DNA from: a virus
Taxonomy: Duplodnaviria > Caudoviricetes
DNA: 64,000 bases
Virus record (IMG/VR): IMGVR_UViG_3300028833_000057
Location: 192,001 to 256,000 of that record
Strand: one strand, 5' to 3'
Position numbers and translations under genes: made by a program
Notes under the pieces: generated by a model
Database searches by the model: none
Told to the model about the DNA's origin: nothing
Seen by the model: the letters and a program-made list of their open reading frames with translations, nothing else
Shown: piece after piece, positions 21,299-30,129 of the stretch
Layout of the letters: every line of letters begins with the position of its first letter
Numbering within the stretch: the first letter of the stretch is position 1

Positions 21299-22480
21299 AT
21301 GGCTTCTTCTAAATGTTTTATAGAATTAGATCCCTATATAAAAGCTTCTTTATCTAAACCTGAAAATTTAAAAAAGCTTTTAAATCATATTAGAGATTAT
21401 TTAGGTAAAAATGCACAATTATTAGCAAAAGCATCAGTGGAAGAAAAACCTGGATTTTCTGTTAATGAAGATCAGCAGATAGTATTTGATTGTATGGGTA
21501 TTGATAGACCTATGGTACTTGATGTTCTTACTAGAACGACGCAAAATGATGTACATAAAGGTTGGGCAGTATGGCAAGGTGAACAGTACTTGGCTTTTGC
21601 AATGTGTATTAGATATTTTGAAAAGACAAAGAACAAGCAAGCATCACAGTTAATGCAGTTATATTTTGACATGCTTTGGTATAATGCATTGCATCGTAAG
21701 TACTTTAAGTATCCTCCAAAACATGAAGTAATGGAATATACAATTGCAAATTTATCAAATAAATATGATATTAAGCGTATTGGAAATCTTATAGGTACTT
21801 TAAGAAAAATCTCAGATAATAATCATAAAAATGCATTATCAAGATTGTTATCTAATGAAGATGACAAGATATTTGTATATCAACGAGATCTTAGAACACG
21901 TCTTAATGGATTTATTAAAGCATTATCTATACAATATTATGCAAACTATGAACAAGGCAATTATCTTAATGTAGATAAAGATAAAAATTCTGATGACGAA
22001 GGTAATGAATATTCAGTAGATAGAAAATCAGATTCTGCGGCACTTTACAATGCAGCAGAAAGTTTTAGTTTATGGTTTGTTACTAATAGACTTAATGATC
22101 GTTTAGTTAAGATCTGTTCAGGAATTAGTCCTGAAATATCTCCCTTTAAATTCTCATCTGTTTTGAATGGAATTAAAGAAGATACAAAAGGTCGTTTAAA
22201 AAATATAGTTATAGGATTACTTGAACAGCTTAGTGATATTCATGGCGATGCTACATTTAGAGCAATACATACGAAAGAGTTTCCTATATTCTGTATCCGT
22301 ATGTTATCGAAATCTAATTCCAAGAATGAATCTATAAATATGGTAAAGAATAATATAGATAGTTTACTAAATGATTATTGTAGTACATTTAAGACTACAA
22401 AAAGAGAAGCAACCAAGATTAATTATAGAAAGGCCTTGATGTCTTATATAGCATTTGGTATTCAGCTTCAAAGAAAATAA
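21299..22480 (+). CDS. hypothetical protein (helical)
   Basis: 393-aa ORF with AGGA RBS and terminator downstream. Confidence 0.75.
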   Translation: MASSKCFIELDPYIKASLSKPENLKKLLNHIRDYLGKNAQLLAKASVEEKPGFSVNEDQQIVFDCMGIDRPMVLDVLTRTTQNDVHKGWAVWQGEQYLAFAMCIRYFEKTKNKQASQLMQLYFDMLWYNALHRKYFKYPPKHEVMEYTIANLSNKYDIKRIGNLIGTLRKISDNNHKNALSRLLSNEDDKIFVYQRDLRTRLNGFIKALSIQYYANYEQGNYLNVDKDKNSDDEGNEYSVDRKSDSAALYNAAESFSLWFVTNRLNDRLVKICSGISPEISPFKFSSVLNGIKEDTKGRLKNIVIGLLEQLSDIHGDATFRAIHTKEFPIFCIRMLSKSNSKNESINMVKNNIDSLLNDYCSTFKTTKREATKINYRKALMSYIAFGIQLQRK

Positions 22481-22485
22481 ATAAA

Positions 22486-22519
22486 ATAAACTAGCTTGAG
22501 TTCTCTCAAGCTAGTTTAT
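22486..22519. terminator. intrinsic terminator
   Basis: ATAAACTAGCTTGAG-ttct-CTCAAGCTAGTTTAT. Confidence 0.7.
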
Positions 22520-22727
22520 CAACATAAGTCAAACAAAATGCAAAGGAACAATATCACAAGGAAGACATTGTTATAGGGGAAGGTCCCCTCTTATTGCTAA
22601 GAGGGGACGAATTCACCCGCCAACAAAGGAGCCATATGGCTCAATTTTTAGTTATATATAACTAAAAATTTTTTATAATGTTAAATTCTTGACCTAAAAA
22701 CTTCAAATTGTTTTAATAGGTTGCTTT

Positions 22728-23600
22728 ATGAACGAATTTCTTGATTTTAAAGGCGAAGTCTCGTTATATCGAGATGGAGTTTTAAAATGGACAAGAAGCA
22801 ATAAGATAACTTATCAAGGTAGAGCTGCTCTTCTTAAAGGATTATCTCATTCTTTGTCTATAAATAAAACTCGTGGTAATAATTTTACGGATAGTATCGA
22901 TGTAAATTCTTACCTTTGTGGCGTTGCATTTGGTTCCGGTGGTACCATGAATGGTAGCGTTCTTAATTGTAATACATCATATCATGATGTAGGGCTGTAT
23001 AAGCCTGTTCCAATTAGACAATTAAACGAGACTCAATATCGAAACGAAGATGATACCTATAAAAAAGATTTAAATAATTATATTGCTTTTGCAGATGAAA
23101 ACGTAAAATATTATATAGATAATAGTCGGCAAATAGATGCAAATATAGATATTCATAAATATCTTTATTTTAAAAAGATTTCTGAGATTACATCTGTAAA
23201 TTCAATGACAATGAAAGATAGCACAAACAATTTTTCATTTGAATCTTCGTTTATAACTTTTAGTATATCTATAGATCAAAGCGATTTTAAAGTACCTAGT
23301 GCAAATGTTACATCTATAAGTGAACTTGGTTTATATCTTGGTACATTAAAATATGATGTAGCTCAGATTGAAAGAGAATCAGAAATTGATCCTGAAATAA
23401 AAGAAAAGTTTGATCCAAGACTTAGATGTCAAGACGGTAATGACATGCTTTATCGTCAACAACAGTATGAAGCAAAAAAGCATAATTGCTCATATTTCAT
23501 TAGTGGATCATTACCGGTAATGTTCTCTCATATAACTTTCCCGGCTGAAGATATACTTGAACCTAAAGATTTGACTTTTAAATACTCAATATTTGTATAA
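22728..23600 (+). CDS. putative baseplate/fibre-attachment protein
   Basis: N-terminal FKGEV...NKITYQGR and ISELGL motifs typical of tail-collar/baseplate proteins; paralogous to the next gene. Confidence 0.55.
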   Translation: MNEFLDFKGEVSLYRDGVLKWTRSNKITYQGRAALLKGLSHSLSINKTRGNNFTDSIDVNSYLCGVAFGSGGTMNGSVLNCNTSYHDVGLYKPVPIRQLNETQYRNEDDTYKKDLNNYIAFADENVKYYIDNSRQIDANIDIHKYLYFKKISEITSVNSMTMKDSTNNFSFESSFITFSISIDQSDFKVPSANVTSISELGLYLGTLKYDVAQIERESEIDPEIKEKFDPRLRCQDGNDMLYRQQQYEAKKHNCSYFISGSLPVMFSHITFPAEDILEPKDLTFKYSIFV

Positions 23601-23609
23601 GGTGGATAT

Positions 23610-24374
23610 ATGCACGATAGTTTAAAATTCAGAGGTGAAGTCATAGCTCGTAATAAAGCTACAGGTGAGATTCTATTTAAACAGCATAACTGTATTGTTG
23701 AAGGCGGTAGACTCATGACCTTAGCTAAAGCTATGGGTCTTGAAAATGGTAAGATGACACAGTTAGGTGCGGCTATAGATAATCCTGAATTAAAAGCTTG
23801 GTTTACTGGTATCGATCCTAATTCGGAATCTGAAGAATCTCATAGACAGGGTAACTCTGGTGATTATAGTATAATGTACTATAAAGTAGGTTATGATACT
23901 ACTGATAATGGTATAAGTCATCCTTTATCTGTAAATACACAAGCAACAGATATATCTGATCTTAGAAATTCTTGGTATGTAGATGAAGTAGATTACTTTA
24001 CTACAGATGATAAGCAAAAGGATGATATCCCGGAACAGTATTATACTGGTGATGATAGGTATCCTTGGCCTGAAGAAGATGTTATCCAGCCTATTATTAA
24101 CCAAGCTAAAGATTTTGATACTATATTCTTAAGATATAAGTTGCCATTAAAGATGCCAGATACTAGTATTGATAATGATGATATTCATGATCTTGGTTGG
24201 CATAATGTAGACCTTACAGTTCCTTATGTAACGGTAAACGAACTTGGGCTATTTATGTCCTGTAATGCCGAAAAAGATACGGAAAACTGGTTACTATTCT
24301 CGCTATTAAAGTTCCCTCCGATTACTCTACAGGCAGAAATGGAAGTAGAGTTCGAATATAGAATATATGGCTAA
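23610..24374 (+). CDS. putative baseplate/fibre-attachment protein (paralog)
   Basis: FRGEV...NCIVEGGR, VNELGL and C-terminal FEYRIY mirror the 22728 gene. Confidence 0.55.
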   Translation: MHDSLKFRGEVIARNKATGEILFKQHNCIVEGGRLMTLAKAMGLENGKMTQLGAAIDNPELKAWFTGIDPNSESEESHRQGNSGDYSIMYYKVGYDTTDNGISHPLSVNTQATDISDLRNSWYVDEVDYFTTDDKQKDDIPEQYYTGDDRYPWPEEDVIQPIINQAKDFDTIFLRYKLPLKMPDTSIDNDDIHDLGWHNVDLTVPYVTVNELGLFMSCNAEKDTENWLLFSLLKFPPITLQAEMEVEFEYRIYG

Positions 24375-25587
24375 TGTAAGAAAACAATTATCCGAAGATG
24401 GGATTAGAACCCTCTTATCGTTAAAGCACGACGATATAACGGCAGATTGGATGCGAGATAACTTTGCAGTTATAGATGGAAAACCTGCAAAATATAATTT
24501 TACTGATGAGTTTGATCTTACTGTAGAAGATGCAGAAAAAATATCTTTACCTAAAATAGATAAAGATATTACAACTACTGCAGGACGATTCTTAGTGAAT
24601 TATTTTTTGCTTGGTTGTGCTGAATATACAAAGTATTATACATTTATTAATGAGCCTTGGAATAAGAAGGTCATAGGTAAAGTTTCTGCAGCAATGTGCG
24701 ATCTACTTCTAGAGCAGAAAATTACTGGATTAACTTTTGAAGACTTTATTAATAGACAACAGTGGATGGGCTTTGCATTTAACTCATGGCTTAATCCAAG
24801 TCTTACTATGGATTTCTATAAAACACATCCAGAAGTCCAAAGACAGCTTGAAGCAGATATTGCAGCAAATAAAGATAAAGTAGATGCTACTGATATTAAC
24901 ACGTGTATTGCAATTACAGATAGAGCTGTTAATAAATTCAAAGAGATAGTTAAAGACTCACCATCTGCTGACTGGCAGACATCGGGTGCAAGTAAGAATG
25001 TTCTTGCACCTATGGTTGTATGTCGTGGTTTATATGCAGAATCTAAAGACAAGAACAAATTACATTTTGTTAAATCTAATCTACAAGATGGTATCGAAAA
25101 AGATGAGATTCCAGCATACGTAGATATTGGTATTGGCGGTGCTTGTTCCCGTGGTGTTGATACACAACAAGGTGGTTATGTTCGTAAGAAGTTTAATTCT
25201 GCATTTGCACATGTTAAGTTAGCCGATCCTGGTACTGATTGTAAGACAAAGTATGGTCTAATGGTCTTAATTACCAAAGAAAGCAAGAGTAGAATTTATC
25301 TTAGATATTGTGAATATCAAGGTAAAGAATACTTGCTAGATAATGCCAATCTTAAGCTATTAGAAGGAAAGCTTGTAAAGCTTAGATCGCCAATGTTCTG
25401 TACTAGTGATGATATCTGTAATAAATGTGCAGGTGAGTTCTATTATAGAATGGGTAGCCGAAATGTTGGTTTACTTGCCTCATCATTAGCTGGTGCACTA
25501 CTTAATCTAGCACTTAAGGGTTTCCATGAAGCTACGATTGCCGCAGTGGATATAAACTTAGATAAGTATGCGAGACGTATTAAATAA
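24367..25587 (+). CDS. RNA polymerase beta' middle subunit (split)
   Basis: Bridge helix TQQGGYVRKK (cf. TAxSGYLTRR), DCKT, RSPMFC...ICNKC Zn site, trigger loop LKGFH. Confidence 0.88.
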   Translation: MANVRKQLSEDGIRTLLSLKHDDITADWMRDNFAVIDGKPAKYNFTDEFDLTVEDAEKISLPKIDKDITTTAGRFLVNYFLLGCAEYTKYYTFINEPWNKKVIGKVSAAMCDLLLEQKITGLTFEDFINRQQWMGFAFNSWLNPSLTMDFYKTHPEVQRQLEADIAANKDKVDATDINTCIAITDRAVNKFKEIVKDSPSADWQTSGASKNVLAPMVVCRGLYAESKDKNKLHFVKSNLQDGIEKDEIPAYVDIGIGGACSRGVDTQQGGYVRKKFNSAFAHVKLADPGTDCKTKYGLMVLITKESKSRIYLRYCEYQGKEYLLDNANLKLLEGKLVKLRSPMFCTSDDICNKCAGEFYYRMGSRNVGLLASSLAGALLNLALKGFHEATIAAVDINLDKYARRIK

Positions 25588-25650
25588 TGGCCCTTTAAAA
25601 TCATAGAAATTCAGTTACCTCAACTGTAAATTACTAACATGAGAGGTAAT

Positions 25651-25794
25651 ATGACAGAACATATGAGATACGGCGAAGGTGTAAGATTCGAACGTCTTAG
25701 AAGAATTACTGGATATTTAGTCGGTGATTATTCTTCCCGTTTTAATGATGCTAAACGTGCTGAAGTAGAAGATAGAGTAACGCATGGTTATTAA
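25651..25794 (+). CDS. stand-alone NrdD C-terminal glycyl-radical peptide (47 aa)
   Basis: Hand translation MTEHMRYGEGVRFERLRRITGYLVGDYSSRFNDAKRAEVEDRVTHGY; GAGGT RBS; terminator immediately downstream. Confidence 0.85.
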   Translation: MTEHMRYGEGVRFERLRRITGYLVGDYSSRFNDAKRAEVEDRVTHGY

Positions 25795-25798
25795 AATA

Positions 25799-25827
25799 AA
25801 ATCCTAGAGGTCAAACCTCTAGGATTT
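25799..25827. terminator. bidirectional intrinsic terminator
   Basis: AAATCCTAGAGG-tcaaa-CCTCTAGGATTT between convergent genes. Confidence 0.75.
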
Positions 25828-25830
25828 ATT

Positions 25831-26736
25831 TTATTTTTCAAAATGCGATTTATCTGGAAATTTAGCTTTAAGCATTTCTTCAATAGTATTCCAGCATGAA
25901 TAATTTGCCTTTATTCCGTCATTGAGACATACACAAGGATGGTTCGCATTAATCATATCTTGTATTGTATCAAATGAGATGCTATCTTTTACTAATAAAA
26001 AGCCCTTATGATCTATAGGCTTATGTATTGTATTTCCTTTGTATGCAGAAATATAATAAAACATCCATTCATTAATATTCTTGGATGCTCTAAACTTAGA
26101 CATACTCATAGTGCTAAGAATAGTACGACCATAATTTTTCCATACTTCATCCCAGTCAGATTTTAAGTATGGTTGAGCTAAATGCCAGTCGGCATATTTA
26201 ATCATCTTTCCAGAATTTACATACTTATTAAAATGCTTTACAGAGTTATACCTAATATGACTCCAAAGATCATTAGTACGAATTTTATAATCCTCATTTA
26301 GTATCTGGATGAAATTTACGGCTTTATTTCCAATAAAGTATCTATCTTCTGTATTAGGAATAGTAAATAGCATATCATCATTATTTACGATAAAATGATC
26401 AGATAAACCTGGAATTTTATTTACAAGTGGTATAATTACACCTGAATTAAATGTGGGCAACAAATTCTTAGGTATATAATCTTTATGATATACAATATTT
26501 AATTTTTCTGCCCGAGGATCTAACCATTCAGGAATCTGTGTCTTAAATGCTAAAACTAGATGTATTTTATTTATCCAAGGAAGATTCTTTTCTATGCTCC
26601 GCAGCTGATACTTAAGTGTATTCGTCTCTCTAAACCTTGCACTTCGTTTTGGATTTGTCCTATATAGACTATGATAATATAACCAATGTGGATCATTACT
26701 ATTTACATACGGAAGAACTATATCAATAGGTGTCAT
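25831..26736 (-). CDS. Stealth family hexose-1-phosphate transferase
   Basis: CR1 PIDIVLPYVNSNDPHW; CR2 LKYQLRSIEKNLPWI...LPTFNS...IPGLSDHFIVNNDD; CR4 CLND...FPDKSHFE. Confidence 0.9.
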   Translation of the reverse strand: MTPIDIVLPYVNSNDPHWLYYHSLYRTNPKRSARFRETNTLKYQLRSIEKNLPWINKIHLVLAFKTQIPEWLDPRAEKLNIVYHKDYIPKNLLPTFNSGVIIPLVNKIPGLSDHFIVNNDDMLFTIPNTEDRYFIGNKAVNFIQILNEDYKIRTNDLWSHIRYNSVKHFNKYVNSGKMIKYADWHLAQPYLKSDWDEVWKNYGRTILSTMSMSKFRASKNINEWMFYYISAYKGNTIHKPIDHKGFLLVKDSISFDTIQDMINANHPCVCLNDGIKANYSCWNTIEEMLKAKFPDKSHFEK

Positions 26737-26814
26737 AATAAGCCTTTTCTTTAAGTTTACAATATAATGTATATATTGTTATATTAAGAAATGACCCATT
26801 AAAGGAGTTAAATA

Positions 26815-28194
26815 ATGGCTGAAGAACCATTAAAAAAGTACAATTATTCTATTATCGTAAACCATGGTGATACGAATAAATTCGGATGTAGCCGGAGATG
26901 CGAATACTGCAACTGGCAGCGTCTTAGAAACTTTGGAAAATCCTTGCCAGATATCACTAATCAAAATTTTGATGATGCCAAGGGTTATATAACAATATCT
27001 GGAGGTGGCGATCCATTATGGAGTGGAAATCAAAGGTCTGTAATGGATTATATACCATTTCTAGTTACACAAATCATAGCTAAAGGACACAAGCCAAGAA
27101 TTATTACAAGGGAAGTGTCCAACTTTAAAGCTGTAACTGAAGAAACACATGCAAATATTTACTTATCATTATCCTATGATGAGATTGTTATAAAAGAAAT
27201 TCTTGCTAATCATGAATTATCTAATTTTATAATAGGTTTAGCAAAAAAGCAACTTATAGAAATGACTATAGTTGCCGGTGCAGAACTTGATCTGCGTCAG
27301 ATAGGTTTGCCAATATTTGAAATTTGCAAATTACAAGACACATTAGGAATTAAATTCCCTATAACCATCCGTGAAAATCTTAGAAGCATAAAGTATCTTA
27401 AGAAAGATTATATACATAAAGTATTAGAGCATATTCGAAAGAATATTTTAAACTATGAGCCAGATATTAGATGGCTTCCAGCTAAAGTGTGTTTAGATGA
27501 TAATATCTATATTATTGCACCACACAAATGTTTTGGCTATCATGTAAAACTTTATGGCAACGAGATTACTCCTAATTACGTTGAAGCGTTTAATCTGTTA
27601 AGTAATAATCAGCACTATATGGTATTTGGTAGTGTCGCTAGATATATTGCAACATATCAGTACTTGCAAAATTGCGAGCTAAAGATACCTATATACATGC
27701 CAGAGTATCATGATATCGATGTATTTGTTGAAGAAGGTTATTTAAATAATCTTATAGAAAAACTTAGTGCATTGGGATTTACTAGAAATAAGCGTATATC
27801 TGAACATAAAATACGTATTTATCATCCTCTTGATACTGCATTTTCTATTGATATAAATCTTGTTCAGAATATAGATATTGCAAAAGTTATAGTTTCAGAA
27901 GCGCTATACAATATAAATCGTATAGGCATTCTTAATGGAGATCTACTAATATTTAAAGGATTTGATTACACAGATCTTCTAACATTTAAGGCTAGAGAAT
28001 TACCACATAGATGGGATTATTTAAACTTCAATCGTAGAGATAAGAGTGAAGAAAAGATGTTCACAAAATTATCAACACGTGGTTGGAAAATATATCGTAT
28101 GTCCATTTTCGGCAGAATTCTCCAAGCATATTATAAAATACAAGCACATGTAAAAAGATATTTCCAGAAAAGGAAAAATAAAAATGGAAAATGA
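26815..28194 (+). CDS. radical SAM / nucleotidyltransferase fusion protein
   Basis: CSRRCEYC and ISGGGDP in the N-half; FGSVARY...DIDVFV...IDINLV Pol-beta-type NTase motifs in the C-half. Confidence 0.7.
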   Translation: MAEEPLKKYNYSIIVNHGDTNKFGCSRRCEYCNWQRLRNFGKSLPDITNQNFDDAKGYITISGGGDPLWSGNQRSVMDYIPFLVTQIIAKGHKPRIITREVSNFKAVTEETHANIYLSLSYDEIVIKEILANHELSNFIIGLAKKQLIEMTIVAGAELDLRQIGLPIFEICKLQDTLGIKFPITIRENLRSIKYLKKDYIHKVLEHIRKNILNYEPDIRWLPAKVCLDDNIYIIAPHKCFGYHVKLYGNEITPNYVEAFNLLSNNQHYMVFGSVARYIATYQYLQNCELKIPIYMPEYHDIDVFVEEGYLNNLIEKLSALGFTRNKRISEHKIRIYHPLDTAFSIDINLVQNIDIAKVIVSEALYNINRIGILNGDLLIFKGFDYTDLLTFKARELPHRWDYLNFNRRDKSEEKMFTKLSTRGWKIYRMSIFGRILQAYYKIQAHVKRYFQKRKNKNGK

Positions 28195-28375
28195 CTTTGA
28201 AGAAATGTACTTTGTAATCTTAGATCATGAAACAAGTAAAGTAGTTTTTAAGAAAATACCTATTCCTAAAAACTGTCCAGACGTAGAAGACTATTTGGAT
28301 AGAAATCATATAGCTAAGCGAACTGAATGTAGCTTTATGTGTTCGCCAAATCCTATTGACATTGTTTATGAGTAA
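28184..28375 (+). CDS. hypothetical protein
   Basis: 63-aa ORF overlapping the upstream stop, followed by a terminator. Confidence 0.55.
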   Translation: MENDFEEMYFVILDHETSKVVFKKIPIPKNCPDVEDYLDRNHIAKRTECSFMCSPNPIDIVYE

Positions 28376-28380
28376 ATAAA

Positions 28381-28410
28381 AAATAAGTAAGCCAGATGGC
28401 TTACTTATTT
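28381..28410. terminator. bidirectional intrinsic terminator
   Basis: AAATAAGTAAGCCA-ga-TGGCTTACTTATTT plus poly-T. Confidence 0.75.
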
Positions 28411-28417
28411 TTTTTTT

Positions 28418-29116
28418 TTAATCTAAGAATCTCCATGCGTCAATAGCGGCTTTACAGTCATTGCAACATTTCATCAATTTAAGTGTAGCATGATCAATTC
28501 TATGCAGATCTCTTTCTTCGATTTCTTCAAGATAACATGTACCTTTTTTTAAATCGGCATGCCATATCTTTTTTACTTCATTTGTAATAGGTTGTGATGC
28601 TGGACATTCCGTTTGATGTCCTGCAGGATTAATATACGCAATATTCTCAAATCCATGAGTGGCATGATCTGGATTTTCTTTATTATAACCTATTACATGA
28701 TATTTTATATTATTTGCAAGACAGTATTCTTCCTTAATGTCTCTTTCCAACTTATCTACTATAAGTATTTCATCATAATATTTTGGAAAATTATTATATT
28801 GATGGTATGCTGCTACTCGTTTTACATTTTCATAAGACTTTATAGGAAGCATACCATTAGTTTTTATTAACACTGTATATGCATGTCTAGATAGCCATTG
28901 GCAAAGCTCATCTATTCCTTTGTATAATGCGGGTTCACCACCTGTAAGCTCTATAACCCATGAAATATCTATATTTCTTTCTATAAATGGAATTAATTCC
29001 GAATTATTTAAAGGAAATTTAGGTGGAGCCGAATTCCTCCATTGCTTCATAGGGCAATGCTCACAAGCTAAATTGCATTTATTCGTTAATGCAATCTGTA
29101 AAAAGTTTTTATGCAT
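28418..29116 (-). CDS. radical SAM protein
   Basis: CNLACEHC, IELTGGEP, KTNG, extra C-terminal cysteines; ATG at 29116 follows the fibre gene stop. Confidence 0.8.
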   Translation of the reverse strand: MHKNFLQIALTNKCNLACEHCPMKQWRNSAPPKFPLNNSELIPFIERNIDISWVIELTGGEPALYKGIDELCQWLSRHAYTVLIKTNGMLPIKSYENVKRVAAYHQYNNFPKYYDEILIVDKLERDIKEEYCLANNIKYHVIGYNKENPDHATHGFENIAYINPAGHQTECPASQPITNEVKKIWHADLKKGTCYLEEIEERDLHRIDHATLKLMKCCNDCKAAIDAWRFLD

Positions 29117-29121
29117 AGATA

Positions 29122-30120
29122 TTACTGATATGAAGAACCTTGAGGTAATATGACACACTGCTTACCAAATATGCGTAAAGTATATCTATGTTCAATACCT
29201 TGATCAGGAAGATTTATCGTTGAATTTAAATCAGGTAGAACTACTTTCCACATATCTGTTAACTCTTGGGTATTATCTACATTTCTAAAGTTTACAGTCA
29301 TCGTTTTATTAGAGCTTACGGTATTTTTACCTATTAAAGTAAGCCTAATATCAAGATTATAAGCTTCACGGGCTTCTAAATTTGGTAAGCATACTTTAAG
29401 ATAACAGTATCTTACTGACGCTGAATTATTAATTTCTACAGCTATATCTTGAGTAGCATTATTAGTAATATTTTTAAGTACTAATGAAACATCACCAGAT
29501 GTACCAACTACTTCGGCAGATATATCAAATGCCTTTATATATGGAATTATTTTTTTCCATTTAGGTTCAACGTCAGTTTCGCCTACATTAGTTGGAACTA
29601 AAGTTAATATGTGATATTTATTCTCAGACGCCGTATATGTAGGATACTTGTCCATCCATTGTATTTGTGATAAAGAATTGGTACGTTGTAATACCTTACC
29701 TACTGTGGATGCTGCATTAGAAACATTTGGATTAAGATCTTCAGGGATAGGAGCCAATATTCCTAATATGCTATTATCTTGGCTGCATGTTAAATAATGA
29801 AAAGACCCATCGCCTAAATATTCAAAATCAAGTGATGGTATATCATGTACTGATCCTCGATATTGATGATGTTTTAAGATGGGCATATCAATATCTTCCC
29901 ATTCAGTATGATCTGATCCAGTTACTATATTTCCATTATTATCTAGCTCTATCTTTTTAATGGTCTGCTTTGCATGATTTGTTGTTATGGTAGCATTATT
30001 AATGGATGAACTACCGGAATTCTTTTTTCCTGCCAAAGCAGTAGATATCTTAGACTTTATACTACTAAGAATTGAGTATAAACTTCCAACGTTTAAAATA
30101 TGATAATCTGTTTTTGCCAT
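29122..30120 (-). CDS. putative tail fibre-associated protein
   Basis: GKVLQ...QW and HILTL...PKW fibre-type repeats; operon with 30130. Confidence 0.5.
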   Translation of the reverse strand: MAKTDYHILNVGSLYSILSSIKSKISTALAGKKNSGSSSINNATITTNHAKQTIKKIELDNNGNIVTGSDHTEWEDIDMPILKHHQYRGSVHDIPSLDFEYLGDGSFHYLTCSQDNSILGILAPIPEDLNPNVSNAASTVGKVLQRTNSLSQIQWMDKYPTYTASENKYHILTLVPTNVGETDVEPKWKKIIPYIKAFDISAEVVGTSGDVSLVLKNITNNATQDIAVEINNSASVRYCYLKVCLPNLEAREAYNLDIRLTLIGKNTVSSNKTMTVNFRNVDNTQELTDMWKVVLPDLNSTINLPDQGIEHRYTLRIFGKQCVILPQGSSYQ

Positions 30121-30129
30121 AAATATACC

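Noticed and set aside
21299-22480. Sigma-like fifth RNAP subunit
   Set aside because: Size and position are suggestive, but no motif could be recognised; needs a structure search.
18186-25587. Introns or inteins in the RNAP genes
   Set aside because: Frames are continuous; no homing-endonuclease or intein terminal motifs were recognised.
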